Below are positions 1 to 5,496 of a stretch of 16,937 nucleotides of DNA, in pieces. Position numbers and translations under genes: made by a program. This DNA is from a virus. Numbering within the stretch: position 1 is the first letter of the stretch; each line of letters begins with the position of its first letter. Below the pieces are notes generated by a model. That model ran no database searches, was not told the origin of the DNA, and saw nothing but the letters and a program-made list of their open reading frames with translations. The stretch lies in IMG/VR virus record IMGVR_UViG_3300045988_100718; one strand, written 5' to 3'.

Positions 1-85
1 ATTTTTTTGTCCGGTTCGAGAGAGTAAAAAACTGGGCGCGGGGTCTTTTCCGTCGTCGGCTGTTTAAAAAACGGCGTCACCATTC
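1..85 (+). repeat. Left copy of the 85-bp direct terminal overlap
   Basis: Compared base by base with 16853-16937 and found identical. It is either a circular-assembly overlap or a short direct terminal repeat. Confidence 0.95.
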
Positions 86-796
86 CGGCCGCGAAGAAGA
101 TTGCGCGCGATCACTGCGAAGGCCAAGGGCAACGAGCTGCGCGCGTCGTTCTTCTTTCCGAGCGTCCACAAGGGCTTGCGATAGATGCAGCGCGTACCAC
201 TGCCGCACCCTCTTGCGGGTAGCGTCGTCCTTCGCCCTCTCCCACTCGATGCTGAAGCCGGGGTCAATCACCCGTACGTCATAGTCGAGCGCTATCCATT
301 CATCCATCATGCGGGGGTGCCGCTTGCTGCTGGGCGTCGTGCGCGTACACCACACGTCGATAGGTTCCGACGATATGGCGAACTGTCGGTAAGCGCCCGA
401 CCACGCCATAGCCACCGCGCGCCGCTCGGCAAGGCTGGGGCTGGTGAGGCCCATAGCGGCGGCAAGGGCGCTGAAGCTGACCACGGGGTCGCCCGCGTTC
501 TTGTGCGCGTCGATGTAGTCCACGGCCTCGCGGTCGCATGAGCCGGGCGGGACTACGATCATGTGCAGCCGAGCGCCATAGCCGTACAATACGCGATCTT
601 GCCGGGATGCGTTGCAGTGCTTGCACGCGCGACGAATATTAGGCACCGTGTCCATACCGCCATGCGAGTGCGGCACTATGTGGTCGTCTTCGGTGCCCAC
701 TCGCGTGCAGCCGGGCAGACGCAGCCAACAATCATTTCCCCATGTCTCTATGACCTTGGCCCTCACAAACGGGTCGATAGTCTGCCGTCGCCCCAT
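77..796 (-). CDS. HNH endonuclease with a C-terminal domain of about 165 aa that looks like a degenerate P-loop kinase
   Basis: HNH motif: DDHIVPHSHGG...NIRRACKHCNASR. The likely start is ATG 796 (MGRRQTIDPF), 4 nt after the stop of the upstream gene; the ORF track extends it to 850. On the circle it lies immediately upstream of terS. Confidence 0.8.
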   Translation of the reverse strand: MGRRQTIDPFVRAKVIETWGNDCWLRLPGCTRVGTEDDHIVPHSHGGMDTVPNIRRACKHCNASRQDRVLYGYGARLHMIVVPPGSCDREAVDYIDAHKNAGDPVVSFSALAAAMGLTSPSLAERRAVAMAWSGAYRQFAISSEPIDVWCTRTTPSSKRHPRMMDEWIALDYDVRVIDPGFSIEWERAKDDATRKRVRQWYALHLSQALVDARKEERRAQLVALGLRSDRAQSSSRPEW

Positions 797-800
797 ACAA

Positions 801-1007
801 TCACTTCGCCTTCTGCGTGCGCACCCACACGTCGAGGTCGCCAACCTCATACACGCAAGGGCTGTTGATGGCGTCGCCCGCCTTGAACCATATCGGCCCG
901 GTGCCGTCGCCCCTCATCCGTTCCATCTGCCTTTGCGAGACGCCGAGATAGCGCGCCGCCTGTGCCGTGGTCAACTTCGCGCGTGGATTCACTTCATACC
1001 TACCCAT
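801..1007 (-). CDS. Excisionase-family (MerR-like) HTH DNA-binding protein, candidate recombination directionality factor
   Basis: 68 aa. LTTAQAARYLGVSQRQMERMRGDGTGPIWFK...VYEVGDLDVWV matches the typical Xis/AlpA-type HTH pattern. Confidence 0.6.
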   Translation of the reverse strand: MGRYEVNPRAKLTTAQAARYLGVSQRQMERMRGDGTGPIWFKAGDAINSPCVYEVGDLDVWVRTQKAK

Positions 1008-1330
1008 GCCTTGAGCGAGTTAATCAGGTCTTCTCGGCCGAACACTTGCACGCCCGCGCGCTTGGACGGTCTGAGTACGATACCGTCCTTGATTAGCTGC
1101 TGCATAACGTGGTCGCCGGTCGGGTCGGCGGTCGGTGCGATCTGGTTCAGGTGGAGCAACTGGATAACGAGGGAACGGCTCACGGTGTCGGTGCTCACGG
1201 TGTCGTGTTCCAGTCGGGCGACGTTCCAGCGGATAGCGTCCTTGATGTCCTTGGTACGCTGAGCCTTGGTCGCCGGGGTCTGTCGTCGCGCCCTTGTCTT
1301 GGTCGGTTTGTAGCTGACTGCATAACCCAT
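989..1330 (-). CDS. Hypothetical protein with a basic N-terminus (113 aa)
   Basis: ATG at 1330 is preceded by GAGGT about 8 nt upstream (aacGAGGTaacgaaATG). The N-terminus is Lys/Arg-rich. I recognise no motif. Confidence 0.6.
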   Translation of the reverse strand: MGYAVSYKPTKTRARRQTPATKAQRTKDIKDAIRWNVARLEHDTVSTDTVSRSLVIQLLHLNQIAPTADPTGDHVMQQLIKDGIVLRPSKRAGVQVFGREDLINSLKAWVGMK

Positions 1331-1446
1331 TTCGTTACCTCGTTTCGTTCGTCTCGTTGATGTCTGCTAGGTGGTCAGGTTGGTTTTTCATGTCTCTTAA
1401 AGTGGTGGGCGGTTAGAGCGGGGAACCTAAGCGCGTGATAAAGGAA

Positions 1447-1474
1447 AGCGGCGAAGCCGCAAGGCTTCGCCGTT
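1447..1474 (-). terminator. Rho-independent terminator-like hairpin, minus orientation
   Basis: A perfect 10-bp GC-rich stem pairs 1449-1458 with 1463-1472 around a 4-nt loop. On the minus strand it is followed by CTTTCCTTTAT. Confidence 0.6.
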
Positions 1475-1799
1475 CCGCTATCCGCAAGGTTCACCACGCG
1501 ATCGCAAAAGCTCTTAAAGCGGAGCCACGGCCGTCGCATAGGTCAGCGGCCCGAAGACCGCGCGCAAGGTCACGACAAGAGGCCCGCCACGTATGACGGT
1601 GCTGCACCCTGTTGCGCCCTGACAATGCGCCCCAAGTCGTTCAGTAATCCCGCATGGCGTGCCGTCGCCGTCTTAACCACCGCACCACATGCGGCGTGTT
1701 TGTAACGCGCTGGGCAAGGCGCGCTAGGGTCCTTTTTCGCGTGCTACGGCTTACCTAGGGTCGTTCACCGATTGCGGCACATTCAGTTATCGGGGTCGC

Positions 1800-1976
1800 C
1801 TACTGTCTTCGGCGCGCCACGTCGTCGTTTGTCAAGGCGTCGTTGATTGACGCCCTGAGCTGTTCGAGCTGAGGCCGTGTGAACACTTGCCTTGTGCAAA
1901 TGTCGCCACTGTCGGCCCGAAGCTCGAAAATTCCGGGATATTCCGGGTTGTTAGCCACCCAAGCTCGGGAACTCAT
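1800..1976 (-). CDS. Hypothetical small protein (58 aa), below the ORF-track cutoff
   Basis: Hand translation: MSSRAWVANNPEYPGIFELRADSGDICTRQVFTRPQLEQLRASINDALTNDDVARRRQ. Its ATG overlaps the upstream stop as ATGA (1973-1976). Confidence 0.5.
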   Translation of the reverse strand: MSSRAWVANNPEYPGIFELRADSGDICTRQVFTRPQLEQLRASINDALTNDDVARRRQ

Positions 1977-2119
1977 AACTGCACCTTCATTGTGATAGGC
2001 CCCTTACCGCCGATGCCGGCGATACCCATAGCCGCCTTGGCTAGACATGAGGCAAGAAACATGAACAGAAACGCCAACAGGGCGAAAGGCGCGGCCAACA
2101 CGCTTCTAACGATCTTCAT
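1973..2119 (-). CDS. Tiny predicted lipoprotein (48 aa), below the ORF-track cutoff
   Basis: Hand translation: MKIVRSVLAAPFALLAFLFMFLASCLAKAAMGIAGIGGKGPITMKVQL. It has a charged n-region, a hydrophobic core and a canonical lipobox L-A-S-C (Cys25). GGAAGG lies about 10 nt upstream of the ATG. Confidence 0.6.
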   Translation of the reverse strand: MKIVRSVLAAPFALLAFLFMFLASCLAKAAMGIAGIGGKGPITMKVQL

Positions 2120-2148
2120 TGTCACCGCCCTTCCACCGAAGCGACTTC

Positions 2149-2433
2149 TCATAGTGCATGATCGGCCTTGCGGTAAGCGCCCACGAACGTCCAGCCGTCA
2201 CGCGGCATGAACAGGTCGAAGGCGTCGGCCCCACGCCTCACGCCGTACTCGCCCTTCTGAAGCACCGGGCGGCAATCCTCGGTGATAGCGATAACCACGG
2301 CCGTGACAATCGAATGGCCGTCGTTGTACGTCACCAAGTCGCCCGCGATCAGGTCGGCCGCGCGCGTCACCGGCGTGTAATTCACCGGCACCGGCTTATA
2401 TTCCATAGCCGTCGTCTGTCGTCTACCGAACAT
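2149..2433 (-). CDS. Hypothetical protein (94 aa)
   Basis: ATG 2433 is preceded by GAGGA 8 nt upstream. It overlaps the stop of the cro-like gene by 11 nt. I recognise no motif. Confidence 0.55.
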   Translation of the reverse strand: MFGRRQTTAMEYKPVPVNYTPVTRAADLIAGDLVTYNDGHSIVTAVVIAITEDCRPVLQKGEYGVRRGADAFDLFMPRDGWTFVGAYRKADHAL

Positions 2434-2662
2434 TTTGCGGTTCCTCGATTCTGCCGGCTAGGTAGTCCACCGACGTATCTAGTTGGTCGGCAATGCATAC
2501 AAGGTCTTTCAGGGTGAACGGCCGATGACCGTGCATTTTGTTTGAAAAAGTCTGTTCCGCCATGCCGATTGCTTCGGCTAGTTCGCGCTGTTTCACCTTG
2601 CGGCGGCGCAAGAGGCGTCTAATCCGTTTTGGACTAACGCCGGGGTCTGTCTCTAAACTCAT
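2423..2662 (-). CDS. Xre-family HTH protein, cro-like by position
   Basis: KQRELAEAIGMAEQTFSNKMHG is a typical HTH_3 pattern. The gene is divergent from the repressor-like gene and is the first gene of the long minus-strand transcription unit. Confidence 0.75.
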   Translation of the reverse strand: MSLETDPGVSPKRIRRLLRRRKVKQRELAEAIGMAEQTFSNKMHGHRPFTLKDLVCIADQLDTSVDYLAGRIEEPQNVR

Positions 2663-2669
2663 ACATTAA

Positions 2670-2698
2670 GTTATAGCTAAACGTATCCGTTTGGGCAA
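2670..2698 (-). promoter_or_regulatory. Candidate lytic promoter giving a leaderless cro-like mRNA
   Basis: On the minus strand: TTGCCC (2698-2693), a 17-nt spacer, TATAAC (2675-2670), 7 nt, then ATG at 2662. Confidence 0.5.
2679..2692. promoter_or_regulatory. Candidate operator palindrome AAACG-TATC-CGTTT
   Basis: A 5-4-5 inverted repeat sits inside the 17-nt spacer of the candidate lytic promoter. Related half-sites TAAACG occur at 2678-2683 and 2730-2735. ATCCGTTT recurs at 2622-2629 and 2685-2692, each copy followed by GG within 1 nt. Confidence 0.35.
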
Positions 2699-2720
2699 GC
2701 TGGATAGAAATACCGGCGTG

Positions 2721-2749
2721 TTGCCAAGTTAAACGAAAGTGCTTAGAAT
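2721..2749 (+). promoter_or_regulatory. Candidate repressor promoter giving a leaderless mRNA
   Basis: TTGCCA (2721-2726), a 17-nt spacer, TAGAAT (2744-2749), 6 nt, then ATG at 2756. Confidence 0.5.
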
Positions 2750-2755
2750 GAGGCT

Positions 2756-3199
2756 ATGACGACAGCACTAGCAACGCCACCGGCAGGGCGCACTTCTTCG
2801 TGCGACGTGGCGATAAACAACATAAACATGATTCTTGCCGTCTTGCATATACCCAAGAAGGAAGTAGCCGAAGCGCTCGGCAAGATGCCCCAATCGTTCT
2901 CTAGGATGCTGAAGAACGGCTATCAATGGACTTTTGACGACATGCTAGAAGTGTCGGATATTCTGCAAGTCGGGCTAGATGATCTGACTAATCCCGACTT
3001 GACACCGAACAGGGTTATTGAAGCCCGCGCGAAGAATGGGGGTTACAACGTCGCCGTTGATGGCGACGGTCGAATACGGTGGGGCATGGCCGGACTGTTG
3101 GGCGTCCTTGGGTGGTCTCATAACCCAGAGGTCACAAGTTCAAATCTTGTCCCCGCTACCAATATCAAGCCGTCACGGCGTTACACCGTGACGGCTTGA
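2756..3199 (+). CDS. Xre-type HTH repressor-like protein (147 aa) whose 3' end reads through the attP/tRNA fragment
   Basis: The HTH is IPKKEVAEALGKMPQSFSRMLKNG. The gene is divergent from the cro-like gene, with int immediately downstream and co-oriented. Codons about 121-136 (SHNPEVTSSNLVPATN) are encoded by the tRNA-derived segment. Confidence 0.7.
   Translation: MTTALATPPAGRTSSCDVAINNINMILAVLHIPKKEVAEALGKMPQSFSRMLKNGYQWTFDDMLEVSDILQVGLDDLTNPDLTPNRVIEARAKNGGYNVAVDGDGRIRWGMAGLLGVLGWSHNPEVTSSNLVPATNIKPSRRYTVTA
3117..3161 (+). other. attP core candidate: the 3' 45 nt of a tRNA-Met(CAU) gene, initiator-like, from anticodon loop to CCA
   Basis: Elements in order: CTCATAA anticodon loop (CAT at 3119-3121), CCCAG, AGGTC variable region, T arm ACAAG-TTCAAAT-CTTGT, acceptor strand CCCCGCT, discriminator A, then CCA (3159-3161). 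No D arm or 5' anticodon stem lies upstream. The triple C after the loop and the CCCCGC acceptor strand resemble bacterial initiator tRNA. Confidence 0.8.
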
Positions 3200-4050
3200 T
3201 GCGTTTTGGGCATGGTGGGCGTATGTCCAAGAAGATAAATGCGCCGCCGGTGTGGCGCGAAGAAATAACCCAGTATCTCGATGTTCTGAAGGCGGGCGGT
3301 CAGTCCAAGGGCACTCTAACGACGCGGCGGTGCCAACTGTCGCAGATGGCACGCGATCTTCAAGGCGTGCCCGCTGATGTGAGCGACGACGCGCTTGTGT
3401 CGTGGTTCGCCCGGCATGAGTGGAAACCGGAAACGCGCAAGAGCTATCGCAATGCCGTTACCGGCTTCTTTTCGTGGCTGCATACCACCGGACGCGCGGC
3501 AGCTAATCCAGCCGAAGCGCTGCCAAGCGTCCGACGTCCGCACGCGCACCCGCGCCCTTGTCCGGATAGCGTGATTCTAGCGGCGCTAGGGCGTGCGAAC
3601 GCGGCGGAACGCACCATGATTAGGTTGGCGGCCGAAGCGGGCCTAAGAAGGGCCGAAATAGCGGCCGTACACAGTCGTGATGTGATGCGCGATCTTGTCG
3701 GCCGGTCGCTGATAGTGCGCGGCAAAGGCGACAAGCAGCGGATAGTGCCTATTTCTGACGAACTAGCCGACACGATCACCGCCGCCGATGGCTACGTGTT
3801 TCCCGGCCGATGGTCGGGACACGCCGAAGCGTCCTATATCGGCAAGCACCTTAGCCGCCTTCTTGGCGACGGTTGGACGCCTCATAGTCTGCGCCACCGG
3901 TACGCGACGGCTACGTACCGGGCCACCAACGATCTGTTCCTAGTGTCCAAGCTGCTAGGCCATGACAGTGTAGAGACGACGCAACGCTATGTTGCGATGC
4001 CCGAAGACAGATTGCGGGCGGCGCTTGACGACGTGGCGCTTGTGATATGA
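3199..4050 (+). CDS. int: Small tyrosine recombinase / phage integrase, XerC/D-like, with no obvious arm-binding domain
   Basis: Catalytic-type motifs: GLRRAEIAAV (Arg), VRGKGDKQRIVPI (Lys), HSLRHRYAT (His-x-x-Arg), LLGHDSVETTQRY (His, Tyr). ATG 3199 overlaps the upstream stop as TGATG. Alternative starts are TTG 3196 and ATG 3223. Confidence 0.9.
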   Translation: MRFGHGGRMSKKINAPPVWREEITQYLDVLKAGGQSKGTLTTRRCQLSQMARDLQGVPADVSDDALVSWFARHEWKPETRKSYRNAVTGFFSWLHTTGRAAANPAEALPSVRRPHAHPRPCPDSVILAALGRANAAERTMIRLAAEAGLRRAEIAAVHSRDVMRDLVGRSLIVRGKGDKQRIVPISDELADTITAADGYVFPGRWSGHAEASYIGKHLSRLLGDGWTPHSLRHRYATATYRATNDLFLVSKLLGHDSVETTQRYVAMPEDRLRAALDDVALVI

Positions 4051-4053
4051 CAA

Positions 4054-4084
4054 GACGGCCCCCACGATCTCTTGCGGGGCCGTC
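4054..4084. terminator. Hairpin between the convergent int and holin genes
   Basis: GACGGCCCC (4054-4062) pairs with GGGGCCGTC (4076-4084) around a 13-nt loop. There is no strong U-tract on either side. Confidence 0.45.
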
Positions 4085-4091
4085 CGGCTCG

Positions 4092-4349
4092 CTAGTTGGC
4101 GTGCTTCGCGCGCGATTTCGGGGTAATGGGGTTGTCCTTCCACCACGCCCACATGGCCGCGCCGACGTTCCACAACAGGGCGACTAGCTGATTGATTGTG
4201 TCGTCCGCGACGGGGATTGTGTCAACGCCGAACATGACAAGTGCGGCGTTGGTCAGGCCGAGCAAGAGCACGACGAAACGCGCGATGGTCGCGGCGCTGA
4301 TACCGGGCGTGCGCGGGTCGCCGCCTTCCACCTGTTCCTCGTTATCCAT
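4092..4349 (-). CDS. Holin (85 aa, two hydrophobic helices)
   Basis: The two helices are IARFVVLLLGLTNAALVMFGV and LVALLWNVGAAMWAWWKDNPIT. The WWK(D/N)N motif is typical of a Gram-positive phage holin family. The gene lies directly downstream of the endolysin. Confidence 0.75.
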   Translation of the reverse strand: MDNEEQVEGGDPRTPGISAATIARFVVLLLGLTNAALVMFGVDTIPVADDTINQLVALLWNVGAAMWAWWKDNPITPKSRAKHAN

Positions 4350-4351
4350 GT

Positions 4352-5251
4352 TTAGCCTTCCTTCTCGGTCTTGCTGGTCGCGGTCACGTTGATTTCGAGC
4401 GCGTCCAGTTTTGCTTTCACGGCGGTTTCAACGGTTTTGGCGACATCGGCGGGGTTGCTGCCGAGCGCCTTGGAGAGCGCTTCGATCGCCGCCGCCTGAG
4501 CGGTGATTGTCGCGGTCATCTCACGCACGCGCTTGTCGATGTAGCACACGCGCGTGTAGATGTCGCCTCTGCTGCCGTCCTTGGTGCCGCCATCGTCCGT
4601 GCGGCTCAGCAGCGCGTACAGTCGCGCGGTGTCCTTGTGCATCCAGCTCAGTCGCACCCAAGCGGGTTGATTGTCCTTGCCGGGGGTGCCCTCGGCACCG
4701 ATTCCGTAGTTCCAAACGTCTCCGGCGCTTGTCATGTTGTTACCTCCCAATATCTCGTTGGCTTTATTGATTACAAAGTTCACGTCAAGGCCGTTCACGG
4801 CCTTGTCTGGGCACCCGTAGTGGTCTGTGCCGGGTATCTCCCGGTGCAGCCACACGTTGCCGTTGCGCCCGTCGTGCCACAAGCGGCCCCAGCCTTGACG
4901 TCGCGCGATCTCGGCGCACAGGCGGGCCGAAGCGTCCATGCACGCGCGCGTGCAAGGCACGCCGGCCATGCCGCCTTCGTGCTCGATGCTCACTGTGCTG
5001 TTGTTGCTCTCATAGTTCGCGTCGCTCCAACTGCCGTCGCTCTCGCTCACGTACTGGTGTATCTCGCCGTGGCCGCCGATGCCGTAGTGGGCCGAAGCGC
5101 CTCCGGCGCGTTGGAAAACGCTGTCGGTGCCGTTCAGATAGCCGACCATGATGTGCAAGGTGATATGGCTTATGGCGTAGCCGTTGCGCCCGTCGTAGTG
5201 GTTCGGGCTGCCCACCCATTTGATGGCGCTCACACTCTTGTCTCCTTTCAT
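4352..5251 (-). CDS. Endolysin: N-acetylmuramoyl-L-alanine amidase (PGRP/Amidase_2-like) with a C-terminal domain of unknown type
   Basis: ISHITLHIMVG...ASAHYGIG..GEIHQYV...STVSIEHEG fits the Amidase_2 pattern. An alternative start, GTG 5233, is preceded by AAAGGAG at 6-nt spacing and may be the true start. Confidence 0.8.
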   Translation of the reverse strand: MKGDKSVSAIKWVGSPNHYDGRNGYAISHITLHIMVGYLNGTDSVFQRAGGASAHYGIGGHGEIHQYVSESDGSWSDANYESNNSTVSIEHEGGMAGVPCTRACMDASARLCAEIARRQGWGRLWHDGRNGNVWLHREIPGTDHYGCPDKAVNGLDVNFVINKANEILGGNNMTSAGDVWNYGIGAEGTPGKDNQPAWVRLSWMHKDTARLYALLSRTDDGGTKDGSRGDIYTRVCYIDKRVREMTATITAQAAAIEALSKALGSNPADVAKTVETAVKAKLDALEINVTATSKTEKEG

Positions 5252-5259
5252 TTTGTTGG

Positions 5260-5496
5260 TCAGTCGTGGTCGAACAGGTCGGCCGGCGGTTCTGGCGGCG
5301 GCGGGCCTAGGCCCTTGTAGATGTGGTCAACCAACGCGCGGTTCCATTGCCACAGACGTTGGTTGTCGGCTTGCATCTCTTGCGCCATCCTGTACGCCTC
5401 CAACCGGTTCTTGGCCGCGTTGAACAACTGGGACACGACGGCACCGCCGATGGTGCCGCCCATGCCAACCAGCGCGATAATCACGCCCTCGCTCAT
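5260..5496 (-). CDS. Small membrane protein (78 aa): N-terminal TM helix, coiled region and Pro-rich tail. Possible second holin, antiholin or lysis accessory protein
   Basis: MSEGVIIALVGMGGTIGGAVVSQLF... The ATG overlaps the upstream stop as ATGA (5493-5496). The 130-aa track ORF is an upstream over-extension. Confidence 0.55.
   Translation of the reverse strand: MSEGVIIALVGMGGTIGGAVVSQLFNAAKNRLEAYRMAQEMQADNQRLWQWNRALVDHIYKGLGPPPPEPPADLFDHD

Noticed and set aside
1-85. The terminal repeats as LTRs, IS ends or att sites of an integrated element.
   Set aside because: The two copies are direct, identical and sit exactly at the window ends. The gene order is continuous across the junction (HNH then terS). 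This is circular closure, not insertion boundaries. The real att site is the tRNA fragment at 3117-3161.
612-1262. A long plus-strand ORF (216 aa). Similar antisense ORFs occur at 185-541, 4637-5320, 7388-7924, 7882-8604, 8614-9219, 10022-10531, 12975-13514, 14503-15138, 14786-15367 and 15761-16405.
   Set aside because: They lie antisense to, or out of frame with, well-supported minus-strand genes. They are Arg/Ala/Pro/Gly-rich, as expected for spurious frames in high-GC DNA, and lack an RBS or recognisable motifs.
1431-1489. DnaA-box-like sequences: TTATCACGC on the minus strand near 1433-1441, and CTATCCGCA at 1478-1486.
   Set aside because: Each differs from the TTATCCACA or TTGTCCACA consensus at 2-3 positions, and they are isolated rather than clustered. 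That is not enough to call an origin.
1931-1950. The direct repeat ttccggg at 1931-1937 and 1941-1947, a period of 10 bp, as a regulatory site.
   Set aside because: It lies inside the 58-aa ORF, where it encodes NPEYPG. It is short, and I found no matching copies in promoter regions.
1887-2210. A 107-aa plus-strand ORF in the early region.
   Set aside because: It overlaps two minus-strand micro-ORFs that have an SD, an ATGA coupling and a clean lipoprotein signal peptide. It has no RBS and would run against the direction of all neighbouring genes.
3078-3161. Possible complete tRNA gene. GGTGGGG at 3078-3084 could pair with the CCCCGCT acceptor strand using G-U pairs.
   Set aside because: The span is 84 nt. 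No D arm can be drawn, and the 5' anticodon stem (GTGGT) mismatches CCCAG at 2 of 5 positions. Only the 3' 45 nt look tRNA-derived, which fits an attP core rather than a functional tRNA.
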